From contig JAPZAR010000010.1 of assembly GCA_027460535.1 (NCBI GenBank), positions 90,001-122,000 on the forward strand: a DNA stretch of 32,000 nucleotides, in the 5' to 3' direction. Made by a program: the position numbers and the translations under genes. This DNA is from Candidatus Methanoperedens sp. (GTDB lineage: Archaea > Halobacteriota > Methanosarcinia > Methanosarcinales > Methanoperedenaceae). Positions 16,769 through 26,881 of the stretch are shown piece after piece (positions within the stretch are counted from its first letter, which is position 1; each line of letters begins with the position of its first letter). The notes under the pieces were generated by a model. That model saw only the letters and a list, made by a program, of their open reading frames with translations, made no database searches and was not told the origin of the DNA.

Positions 16769-17545
16769 TCACTCGTTGAACTTCTTGTAAAGGCGATTTG
16801 CAGCGATCTGGAAGATCAGGATGAAGATCACCAGCACCACGATATCCAGCAGTGGTGAAAAAAGCGACTTACCGGTATACGCGTACTCGATCATGTCATT
16901 TCCATAGGTAAGGGGGGATATCAGTGCGATCTCCTGACCGATCTGCGGCATGGCTGATATCGGGATAAAGACGCCTGAGATAAAGATAAGCGGTAGCCTG
17001 ACCGTGTTGAGCATTGACATAACCTCTCCCACGTTCTCGGTGGGGTATGCCGCAAACAGTGTCCCAATCGTCGCGAAACAGAACGCCGTTAGTATCATGG
17101 CAATTACAAGAAACGGTGCATGTACAATAGGCGTACTGAACATGATGATACCGATGGCAAGCGGGAGACACGCGATGCCGAGACTGTAGAGAAATCCGCT
17201 CAGGCTCTCACCGGACACCAGCGAATACAGCGAGATCGGTGCCGAGAGCAGGCGGTCAAAGGTTTTTACCCGCCGTTCAATGGGTATCGAGACCGGCTCT
17301 ATTGACGAGGCCGAGAATAGTAAGGTGATCGAGATCAGCCCCGGGATCAGGGTACCAGGCGGGGCGTTCTTCCCGATGGCAAAGGCCAGGAACATGAAGA
17401 GCGGGAAGAGGATGCCGGAAACGATGATGTTGGGTTTGAGGTAGTATATCCGCATATCTTTTCTGGCGATCGCCCATGCAGCGGACAACTCTCGGGAAAG
17501 ACGTTTTGCAAAGCCCTCATGATCAGTCGATAGCATGGACTGCAC
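16769..17545 (-). CDS. ABC-2 type transporter permease
   Basis: 258 aa with about 6 hydrophobic helices. It lies immediately downstream of, and overlaps (23 nt), a DrrA/CcmA-type ATPase gene. The exact start is ambiguous (ATGs at 17545 and 17536). Confidence 0.75.
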   Translation of the reverse strand: MQSMLSTDHEGFAKRLSRELSAAWAIARKDMRIYYLKPNIIVSGILFPLFMFLAFAIGKNAPPGTLIPGLISITLLFSASSIEPVSIPIERRVKTFDRLLSAPISLYSLVSGESLSGFLYSLGIACLPLAIGIIMFSTPIVHAPFLVIAMILTAFCFATIGTLFAAYPTENVGEVMSMLNTVRLPLIFISGVFIPISAMPQIGQEIALISPLTYGNDMIEYAYTGKSLFSPLLDIVVLVIFILIFQIAANRLYKKFNE

Positions 17546-18479
17546 CCCCTGTCCTCTGCAGGCCGGTCAACCGGATGAACACATCCTCGAGGCTCGGGCC
17601 AAGAGTCGTGATACTGATCACTTTGAGGTTATGGGTGCGGGAATAAGCCATAACCGCATCGATAACTTCAGATGGATCATGAGTATAGAGCTTAAACTTG
17701 TCACCTGCCTTCTTTGCGTCATTTACCATGGGTAAGCGTCGCAGCTCGTCCAGCTGATCAGCAGAACTGTGGTTAAACGATAACTCGATCGACTGCACAC
17801 TCTGGATCGTCTTTTTCAAAGATTCCGGGGCGTCGATAGCTGCGATATTTCCTTTATTGATGATCGCGACCCGGTCACACATAACATTTGCCTCCTCAAT
17901 ATTGTGGGTCGTTAAAAAAACCGTGACCCCGTCGCGGACCAGATCCGTGACCACGTCCCGGATAATGAGGTTGCTCTGTACATCGAGCCCTGAAGTGGGT
18001 TCATCCAGGAACAGCAGGCGCGGGCTGTTGACGAGCCCCATTGCGAGCGTCAGCCGTCGCTTCATCCCCTTGGAAAACCCGTGCACTTTATCATTGCGCC
18101 GTTCGTGTAACCCGAATATCTTGAGTAACTCGGTCGTCTTTTTTTCCCGCTCTTTTCGTGCAACATGGTAGAGTTCAGCGGAAAATATCATGTTCTGCCA
18201 TGCAGTCAGGTCATCGTACACGTTGGAATTCTCGGATACAATGCCCATGGACTGCCGTGCAGCAATCGTGTCGTGCTCAATATCATGGCCAAAAATGGAT
18301 GCCGTCCCGGAGGTCGGGCTTGAGATCCCGGTCAGAATACGGATGGTAGTGGTCTTGCCTGCACCATTGGGACCCAAAAACCCAAAAGTCTCTCCCTCGC
18401 CAACAGAGAAAGTTATATCATTGAGCGCGGTGAGAGGGCCGAATTTTTTGATGAGATGAGATACTTCAATTGCCTGCAT
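17523..18479 (-). CDS. ABC transporter ATP-binding protein (ABC-2/DrrA-like exporter ATPase)
   Basis: Walker A GPNGAGKTTT, signature FSKGMKRRLTLA, Walker B LLFLDEPTSGLD and H-loop TTHNIEE are present. Confidence 0.9.
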   Translation of the reverse strand: MQAIEVSHLIKKFGPLTALNDITFSVGEGETFGFLGPNGAGKTTTIRILTGISSPTSGTASIFGHDIEHDTIAARQSMGIVSENSNVYDDLTAWQNMIFSAELYHVARKEREKKTTELLKIFGLHERRNDKVHGFSKGMKRRLTLAMGLVNSPRLLFLDEPTSGLDVQSNLIIRDVVTDLVRDGVTVFLTTHNIEEANVMCDRVAIINKGNIAAIDAPESLKKTIQSVQSIELSFNHSSADQLDELRRLPMVNDAKKAGDKFKLYTHDPSEVIDAVMAYSRTHNLKVISITTLGPSLEDVFIRLTGLQRTGGAVHAID

Positions 18480-18778
18480 GTATTCCAGACATATCGATAC
18501 GAATATATCAATTAGTTGCCTGAGAAACTATGATCAAATCCTTCTGGATTTAGGTCGAGAACTTGAATTTTTACTTTTTATTGATTCGAGCATAAAAAAC
18601 TATATTTTCAGTCTTGGACTCTGCCGTGAATCGCGATGCATCGGCATGGATGCTCGATGGCACTTGAAATGAGTGGCTTTCCTGGCGGCATTCCGCGTTT
18701 AGCGGTCTTATTGTAATCTACCGCTCCATGAGAGCATGAGAAAATATGTATCCTCTGCAGTAAAATAAAAAGTAACGA

Positions 18779-18997
18779 TCAGTCAAACGCTGAAGCGCTT
18801 ACCTCTGTGGAAAAATTTTCTTCATTTTCATTGAGCATCGATTCCATCTGTGTCAAGTTGCCCTCGACTTCCGATACATAACTTGCAGGGAGTATCTCTC
18901 CCGGAGCTTTGGTCGATAAATTTTGTTCTTTTTTATCAACACATCCTGAAACCAAAGCGACGATCAGAAGCAATATGAATAAATAAATAGCCTTCAT
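18779..18997 (-). CDS. Small putative lipoprotein (72 aa)
   Basis: The signal peptide MKAIYLFILLLIVALVSGC ends in a lipobox-like V-S-G-C, followed by an acidic mature part. The start is 4 nt after the stop of the 767-aa secreted protein. Confidence 0.6.
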   Translation of the reverse strand: MKAIYLFILLLIVALVSGCVDKKEQNLSTKAPGEILPASYVSEVEGNLTQMESMLNENEENFSTEVSASAFD

Positions 18998-19001
18998 GTT
19001 G

Positions 19002-21305
19002 TTACACCCCCGCCTGTGCGCCTTGAATAAGCCGGTTTGTTTCCCCGAAGAACTCCCTCAGTTCGGCTATTGCATCTTTGAGTCTCTGGGTGTCTTGTTG
19101 TTGCTCTCTTACCTGCCTGATGAAATCCTGCGCGTTCCTGATATCTATTACCATTCCAGCTGAGTCAAACCCGGAATGATCCCTGAAGAGGTCAATGGTC
19201 TTATTATGGGTCTCTTTTGCCTGGTTCATAAGATTATTGAAATCCGATGCAATGCCGGCAAGTTTAGACGTATCCTTTCCATTCTCATTCAGCTTCTTCA
19301 TTAATATCTCCATTCTGACAGAGGCGTCATCAGTTCTTGCAAAGAATGTATTCATATTGTTGTTGACCCCTATCCCTTTGTAGTAGCGTTTTTCAAGCTC
19401 GAATTTTTCTTTTATATCCTTAAGATCGCGATTAATATCCTCTATAGCCTGTTTATCTGAAGCCTGCTGAACTCTTGTCCTGATCTGTTCCAGTTCCATT
19501 AAATGTTTGTCCAGGGTGGCGGAAGCGTCAAATGGAAGGGCTTCACCGTTCCCGGTGAATTTTGCATCACATTTAAGAAGGTCGATATCCGCAATAAAAA
19601 GGTCTATTCTTCTCTCAAAGAATTCTTTCACTACTAATTGTAATTTATCCCCTTGAAGCTTTAATTCATCTCCTCTTCTCTTAAGCTCATCTTTTTTAGC
19701 ATTTTTTTCTTCCTTGGTGAGCGATTGCTTTATGGATTCAAAGGCTTCCAATTCAGCCTTGAACTGCTCCTTCTTTGGTTCGAATTCTGCTTGGGCGACT
19801 TTAAGTTTGTCCTCGGCTTCCCTGAATGTGGTTATTGCAGTTTCGAATTTTTCCCCGGGCTCTTTGCATGTTATTGTAGGTGTTGCTGTTGGTGATATTG
19901 TTGGTGTTATTGTTGCAGTTATTGTTGGTGTTATTGTTGGTTTGGAATCCCCATCTAAAACAACAACGTGAATATAATCCCAATCCACATAGGAACCGGC
20001 GCCATTCCAAAGGTTCATGTCTATAATTGCCCTTTGTGTTGCCGTTACTGGCTTAGTAAGTAAGGCCGAAAAAGCAGTAGTATAGTTGATACCATCATTG
20101 CTGACCCGCACAGTTATCTTCTCACCATTCCTTGTAATTTCATACCAGTAACTTTCTCTAACCCAGCCATCGGTTCCGATTGAAGAAGGTGCACCGCTGA
20201 ATTTTGCTACACTCACGCCATTACTAACAAGTTCCATGGTAAGGACGTTACTTTTATACCACCAATCCACACCGCGATAGATAGAGAGGTAATCATTTGT
20301 ACCTTCTCCAAAAGCAATCCAGAAGCTCTGCCCCTGGGCACCGGTAGAACTGCCTCCGTTATGAGCGTGCAGGTTATAATCTACCTTTGTTCTTAAGGTC
20401 CAATTTTCCCCATCGAAGGGACGAATAAGTGTTAGGCTCGGTCTCCACGCCCCGGATGTTAGATAGTTATTTCTCCAACCGCCCATAGATCCCTGCGAAC
20501 CTTCAAGGTAATACCTCAAGTACCCCGGGTTATCGGTTAAGGAATATCTTCCAAGCCCAGGAACTTTTTCTACCACCTGCATAGAAGAATCTAACAACTT
20601 GTTGTTAAAATCGTCTTCAAAGCCTTTCGTCGTGTCTGCTATAACTGGCGTTACGTATGTACCATTAAATCCTATGCTTCCTCCTGCTGAAAGCGTCCTG
20701 GTCTCAGACGGCGGCACATCGTAGCCCATTACGGTTCCATACGTTATCGTATAAGTACCGGCAGGCGCATTAGCTGTATTCCATGAGGGCGCATCTGTAC
20801 TCCATGAGCCCATGCTTCCAGAATAAGACGAGGCGCCTGTGAGCGTGAAGGTTGCGCCTGCGAGGTTGGTTGATACGGTTATGGAGCCTGTTGTTGGTGG
20901 AGGTGTTGGACGTATTGGCGGTGTAGTATCTAGTATTATACTTGTGGTTTTTGTAATAGAACAGATCCCTATTTTTGCAGTAACTGTTACGGTATTTTTG
21001 CCTTCCGATAATGAAATGCTTCTTGAAAATGTATTTGTACTTGCATCAATATTTGCTGCTAATCCATTAACAGTTACTTCAAGACCACTTATACCAGTTC
21101 CACTCTTACAACCACTTGCCATTCCTGATCCACTTATCATTTGAGTGGAAATATTAGTTGGTGATTTTACTGGATTGATGTTCATGGTTATTGTTGGTGT
21201 TTGACCAGAACCACTTCCATCGCCAGAACCAGCGGATGCCGACATGCTCATCGTTACGATAACAATAAGAATTACTGTAATTATCTTATTTTTGATATCT
21301 ATCAT
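19002..21305 (-). CDS. Large secreted multidomain surface protein: signal peptide, Ig/PEGA-like beta domains, ConA/LamG-like domain, Pro/Thr linker, long C-terminal alpha-helical domain
   Basis: 767 aa. The N-terminal signal is IITVILIVIVTMSMSASA. Beta-rich repeats include GSITVSTNLAGATFTLTG...GTYTITYG (PEGA-like). A ~230-aa W/Y/G-rich beta-sandwich-like region follows, then the linker TITPTITATITPTISPTATPTIT. The final ~300 aa are charged, coiled-coil-like and helical. I saw no C-terminal TM or sorting signal. Confidence 0.75.
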   Translation of the reverse strand: MIDIKNKIITVILIVIVTMSMSASAGSGDGSGSGQTPTITMNINPVKSPTNISTQMISGSGMASGCKSGTGISGLEVTVNGLAANIDASTNTFSRSISLSEGKNTVTVTAKIGICSITKTTSIILDTTPPIRPTPPPTTGSITVSTNLAGATFTLTGASSYSGSMGSWSTDAPSWNTANAPAGTYTITYGTVMGYDVPPSETRTLSAGGSIGFNGTYVTPVIADTTKGFEDDFNNKLLDSSMQVVEKVPGLGRYSLTDNPGYLRYYLEGSQGSMGGWRNNYLTSGAWRPSLTLIRPFDGENWTLRTKVDYNLHAHNGGSSTGAQGQSFWIAFGEGTNDYLSIYRGVDWWYKSNVLTMELVSNGVSVAKFSGAPSSIGTDGWVRESYWYEITRNGEKITVRVSNDGINYTTAFSALLTKPVTATQRAIIDMNLWNGAGSYVDWDYIHVVVLDGDSKPTITPTITATITPTISPTATPTITCKEPGEKFETAITTFREAEDKLKVAQAEFEPKKEQFKAELEAFESIKQSLTKEEKNAKKDELKRRGDELKLQGDKLQLVVKEFFERRIDLFIADIDLLKCDAKFTGNGEALPFDASATLDKHLMELEQIRTRVQQASDKQAIEDINRDLKDIKEKFELEKRYYKGIGVNNNMNTFFARTDDASVRMEILMKKLNENGKDTSKLAGIASDFNNLMNQAKETHNKTIDLFRDHSGFDSAGMVIDIRNAQDFIRQVREQQQDTQRLKDAIAELREFFGETNRLIQGAQAGV
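19868..19943 (-). repeat. 12-nt-unit imperfect tandem repeat encoding the (T-I-T-P)n linker
   Basis: The plus strand reads ...tgttattgtaggtgttgctgttggtgatattgttggtgttattgttgcagttattgttggtgttattgttggt..., with ggtgttattgtt-type units. Confidence 0.7.
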
Positions 21306-21787
21306 ATTTTAGCCTTCTTGCAAAATCCGATGTTTTGATCAGGTTATAATGTTCATATATAACTCTTCACTATATAATAATTATCATTATAATGATGTTA
21401 CTTTGAAAGATAACAAGAGACAACCGCATGCATATTTTTGAGGTGCTTCATTCGGTTTCCTTGCCAAGCATCCTCTAAACCTTCTTTGAAATGTTGTTCT
21501 GCTCGTACTCCTTAGGGCTGAAGATCGATAATTACTGCGCCTTCTTTCTCACGGTCAAGAAACTTAGGATTTTAAGAGGTTGTTACGAGAATTCATAGTC
21601 TTTCGAGAGCATGAGAATGGAGCATGATTGCAGCACAATATACCCCGTACGGTGTACGAGGCCTGAATATAGTGCTTTTAGCCTAATAGCCGTTTTATTC
21701 TCACAATTATGAAGATAAACAGCTAAATCCTGTGACGACAAAGTCATCAAATTTGATGTGAAGCGTTTCCACGGACGAAATATACCC

Positions 21788-22027
21788 TTACTTCCTCTTC
21801 TTACCCTCGTGCATCTTCTTGATCTCATCCTCAGCCGCCTGCATTTTAGCTTTGTTCTCCTCGTATATCTTGGAGATGTTCTCCATTGCCCGCTCAAGTC
21901 TCTTTTTGAGAACCACCAGTTCCTGTGTCGAGAGATTGTAGTTGGGGGTGTTCTCGATCCACAGCTGCTCTATGTCTATGAGGGCATTGAGGGCAGCCTT
22001 TGTCCTGTTGACGGTGTTCTCATCCAT
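21788..22027 (-). CDS. Small coiled-coil protein with a Lys-rich C-terminus (79 aa), unknown function
   Basis: MDENTVNRTKAALNALIDIEQLW...KKRLERAMENISKIYEENKAKMQAAEDEIKKMHEGKKRK has clean heptad-like composition and an ATG start. The overlapping 104-aa ORF in another frame looks spurious (Arg-rich). Confidence 0.5.
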   Translation of the reverse strand: MDENTVNRTKAALNALIDIEQLWIENTPNYNLSTQELVVLKKRLERAMENISKIYEENKAKMQAAEDEIKKMHEGKKRK

Positions 22028-22305
22028 GAGGTGCTATAAGACTTTTGTTAAATTAAAGTTTGCACATGACATTATCATTTTTGACTTCATGAAATAAATT
22101 ACCGATATTAACTGCAGATGTATAACAAACCTTAAACATAGGAATGAAAGAAGAAATATTAGAGATAGAAACGAAACATCTTGCCCAATCTGTTCTACGA
22201 TTTGGCATTTCAGATATCCAACCACCTCATTTGAATTCTTCCGCTCGATAATAGTCCTGAGGTGATACAATCTTCCAAGAATCCTGTGATATTCTCTATT
22301 TCTTT

Positions 22306-22331
22306 AAGTTTAAGTATAAAATTATAAAAGC
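22306..22331 (+). promoter_or_regulatory. Putative archaeal BRE/TATA block at the 5' end of leader copy A
   Basis: aagtttaagtataaaattataaaagc contains two TATA-like octamers. The block is identical in copy B (23256-23281) and lies ~330 nt upstream of the ATG, implying a long 5' leader. Confidence 0.35.
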
Positions 22332-22609
22332 TTATCAAAAACATGCGCATGATAATATATGTAATGATTTAGAAAGATTTATGGGTTGTGAGCGCAATTC
22401 ATAGAATAGCGTGTGTGGGTTACACAACGCTAATGGTGGTATCCCCACAAAAGTGAGTGGTTAAGGGGATTGTTAAGAATGGAGTGACATTCTCCCCGAT
22501 CTCTTTAATTAAAACCATGCTTTAAGAAATCCGAGATGCATGGGGATTTGCCCGCAGGGGTGGTGTGGTGAATGCATCAGGCGCAGAATGTGATGCGCAA
22601 TGGCACAGG
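22306..22609 (+). repeat. Leader repeat copy A (~304 nt), upstream of secreted-protein ORF A
   Basis: It aligns with 23256-23560 at an offset of 950 nt. By hand alignment there are about 10 substitutions and one 1-nt indel. A second short conserved block, aaaccataggaggta (SD), lies just before each ATG. Confidence 0.9.
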
Positions 22610-22655
22610 CGAAGAAAGCCTTGCCAAGATACATAAACCATAGGAGGTATAAGAA

Positions 22656-23144
22656 ATGAAAAAAATAGAGAACAAAGCGCTATTGAAGTTAGGAGTTGTA
22701 GCAATGCTCCTTATCTTGGGTATGGCGCTTGTAGAGGCAATGGCACTGAACTCGGTGCTCACCCCTGTAACTTGGACCTTCGCCACTGGAGGAGATGTCA
22801 ACGTTTTTGACCCGAACGGTACGGCGAAAATCACGGTCTGGAATACAACTTCCCACGTTAAACTGTTGAAACTAGATTTGGAACCATTCTCTCCAAAATC
22901 ATTTAATTTCACAGCTCCGCCGGGTAATTTGACCATCTGCCTCGTAGATGAGCAAAATAAAGAAACGCCACCCATGCCACCCGGAAGAGATGCCTGGATA
23001 CTCAACTCAACAGGCACTTTTGGTCCTTTCCCTGGCGCTGGATTATGTAAACCCTCCGAGCATGAGGATGATCAAGGGGACCAGCAAGGGGACCAGCAAG
23101 GGGACCAGCATGGGAACCAGCATGGGAACCAGCATGGGAAGTGA
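22656..23144 (+). CDS. Secreted small protein A (162 aa) with four N-x-S/T sequons and a (QGDQ)3(HGNQ)2HGK tail
   Basis: GGAGGT lies 6 nt upstream of the ATG. The signal-like N-terminus is MKKIENKALLKLGVVAMLLILGMALVEA. The sequons are NTT, NFT, NLT and NST. The C-terminus is a repeat. Confidence 0.7.
   Translation: MKKIENKALLKLGVVAMLLILGMALVEAMALNSVLTPVTWTFATGGDVNVFDPNGTAKITVWNTTSHVKLLKLDLEPFSPKSFNFTAPPGNLTICLVDEQNKETPPMPPGRDAWILNSTGTFGPFPGAGLCKPSEHEDDQGDQQGDQQGDQHGNQHGNQHGK
23073..23141 (+). repeat. 12-nt tandem repeat (5.75 units) at the 3' end of ORF A
   Basis: caaggggaccag x3, then catgggaaccag x2, then catgggaag, directly followed by the stop codon. Confidence 0.9.
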
Positions 23145-23177
23145 TGAAAGGCCCCAACAAAAACTCAGTAAAGTTTG

Positions 23178-23207
23178 AGAGGGAGCAAATCCCTCTTTTG
23201 ATTTTTT
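23178..23207 (+). terminator. Hairpin plus T-run terminator after ORF A
   Basis: agaggga-gcaaa-tccctct forms a 7-bp stem and is followed by tttgatttttt. The same element recurs after ORF B. Confidence 0.6.
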
Positions 23208-23255
23208 ATAAACTTGTTATTTCTTAAAATGAGAAAAAACAAGTTAAAATTTTGG

Positions 23256-23281
23256 AAGTTTAAGTATAAAATTATAAAAGC
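23256..23281 (+). promoter_or_regulatory. Putative archaeal BRE/TATA block at the 5' end of leader copy B
   Basis: Identical to 22306-22331. Confidence 0.35.
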
Positions 23282-23560
23282 TTATCAAAAACATGCGCAT
23301 GATAATATACGTTATGATTTAGAAAGATTTATGTGTTGTGAGCGCAATTCATAGAATAGCGTGTGTGGGTTACACAACGCCAATGGTGGTATCCCCACAA
23401 AAGTGAGTGGTTAAGGGGATTGTTAAGAATGAAGTGACATTCTCCCCGATCTCTTTAAATTAAAACCACGCTTTGAAAAATCCGAGATGCATGGGGGTTT
23501 GCCCGCAGGGGTGGTGTGGTAAATGCATCAGGCGCAGAATGTGATGCGCAATGGCACAGG
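23256..23560 (+). repeat. Leader repeat copy B (~305 nt), upstream of secreted-protein ORF B
   Basis: See copy A. It is directly contiguous with the conserved terminator tail of cassette A (23173-23255). Confidence 0.9.
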
Positions 23561-23611
23561 GCAAGCCACAGGCGAGCCTTGTAAAAAGATAAACCATAGG
23601 AGGTAAATGAT

Positions 23612-24169
23612 ATGAAAATAGATAAAAAGCTGGCAGTAATAATGCTGGCAGGAATAGTGGTGGCTTCGGCATTTATGGCCGCAGCAGAGGCAAAACCGCC
23701 AAAACCAATGGAGGTGAAAGTAACATGCCCACCTGAGGGGCCAACAGTAACAATTGATCTTACTGCCGGCATTTCTGCAGATGCAGCCGGCTGCATGGTC
23801 AAAGTAGATAATCTCGCCCCATCTGATCCGTTTGATGCTGCTATCCTCTTGCCGGCCGATACAACGGACCTTCGTATTAAATTGGATCCAGCCGTCGTCA
23901 TCATAAATGATGTGGATGGGGACAACGAATATATGGTAGAGGGCGATGCAGTAGGGCCTGACTTAGTAACATACAACGATGCCGCAGGAAATGACAAACT
24001 GGACTTCAAGGGCAAGAAGACCAGCGTCAATACACTGACCATAGTTGGGGCCGCCGGAGGCGGGAACAATGACTACAAAGCCGATAATATTGGCATTGAT
24101 CCCAGCAGCGGTATGTTCGGCTTCAGCTATCTGCCTGGCGACGGGACGGATAAGATCAAGATAAATTAA
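23612..24169 (+). CDS. Secreted small protein B (185 aa), Asp/Gly-rich, unrelated by eye to protein A
   Basis: GGAGGT lies 7 nt upstream of the ATG. The signal-like N-terminus is MKIDKKLAVIMLAGIVVASAFMAAAEA. The mature part is rich in D/G/N (DVDGDNEY, DAAGNDKLD, GDGTDKI), which could be a Ca-binding-like flavour. Confidence 0.7.
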   Translation: MKIDKKLAVIMLAGIVVASAFMAAAEAKPPKPMEVKVTCPPEGPTVTIDLTAGISADAAGCMVKVDNLAPSDPFDAAILLPADTTDLRIKLDPAVVIINDVDGDNEYMVEGDAVGPDLVTYNDAAGNDKLDFKGKKTSVNTLTIVGAAGGGNNDYKADNIGIDPSSGMFGFSYLPGDGTDKIKIN

Positions 24170-24190
24170 ATCACCAGCACATCAGGTTTG

Positions 24191-24219
24191 AGAGGGAGCA
24201 ATCCCTCTTTTATTTTTTA
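24191..24219 (+). terminator. Hairpin plus T-run terminator after ORF B
   Basis: agaggga-gcaa-tccctct is followed by tttatttttt. It is homologous to 23178-23207, and the conserved tail continues to ~24262. Confidence 0.6.
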
Positions 24220-24632
24220 TAAATTTGTTACTCTTAAAATGGGATGGCTTGTTAAAATTTGGTTATCCTGTGAGCTTCATATCTCAGCTTATAAAAATGT
24301 TAGCATCAAGAGGATGATGAGCTTGGAAATGCGGCCATAGAAGTTCTCGAAGGAGTGGAGATTAAATCAGCCGGTCATAATTTCGGCAAAGGTGAAGATG
24401 AGGCACCGGAGCTGCTGACAGACGCGGATTTGCTGATTTCAGATGGTATAAGATTTGTAAAAAGGCATTCCAAAAATGAAAATATAAGCTTCAGTATTAT
24501 ATTATTTAGAATTTACTTGAGAAAAAGATCATAACAAAAAGACATTTTCTCAACGCCATTAATGTTTATGAAAAGGGAATGGCAAGAGAACCTTATCTAC
24601 CTTGTAGCCAAAAAATATGCTTGAATAGGGGA

Positions 24633-26880
<2,248 letters not shown>

Positions 26881-26881
26881 A

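Noticed and set aside
21383-21396. Perfect 14-nt palindrome atcattataatgat upstream of the surface-protein gene.
   Set aside because: It is AT-rich with 7-nt arms, and roughly one or more such palindromes are expected by chance in this window. There is no second copy, so it is recorded only as a possible operator.
21583-21897. 104-aa minus-strand ORF overlapping the 79-aa coiled-coil ORF in another frame.
   Set aside because: The N-terminal half is an Arg-rich out-of-frame shadow of the better 79-aa ORF. Only its 3' part (the 54-aa ATG ORF at 21583-21747) is kept as a low-confidence note.
22034-22270. 78-aa minus-strand ORF between the small coiled-coil gene and leader A.
   Set aside because: It has a TTG start, a low-complexity hydrophobic sequence in AT-rich DNA, and no SD. 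It is likely spurious.
22522-24069. Minus-strand ORFs through the leader repeats (22522..22704, 22577..23017, 23455..24069). Two of them share a 'CHCASHSAPDAFTTPPLRANPHASRI' peptide.
   Set aside because: The shared peptide is a by-product of the ~97% DNA identity of the two leaders. These ORFs run antisense through the better-supported plus-strand secreted-protein genes, which have SD sites, signal peptides and terminators. They also lack SD sites and sensible N-termini.
24304-24531. Start-less open frame downstream of cassette B (HQEDDELGNAAIEVLEGVEIKSAGHNFGKGEDEAPELLTDADLLISDGIRFVKRHSKNENI...). It could be a gene remnant or a third, decayed cassette cargo.
   Set aside because: It has no ATG, no SD, no signal peptide and no leader copy upstream; only a weak resemblance of agcttataaaaatgttagcat to the leader start. 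I recognise no family. It is too weak to call a pseudogene without a BLASTX hit.
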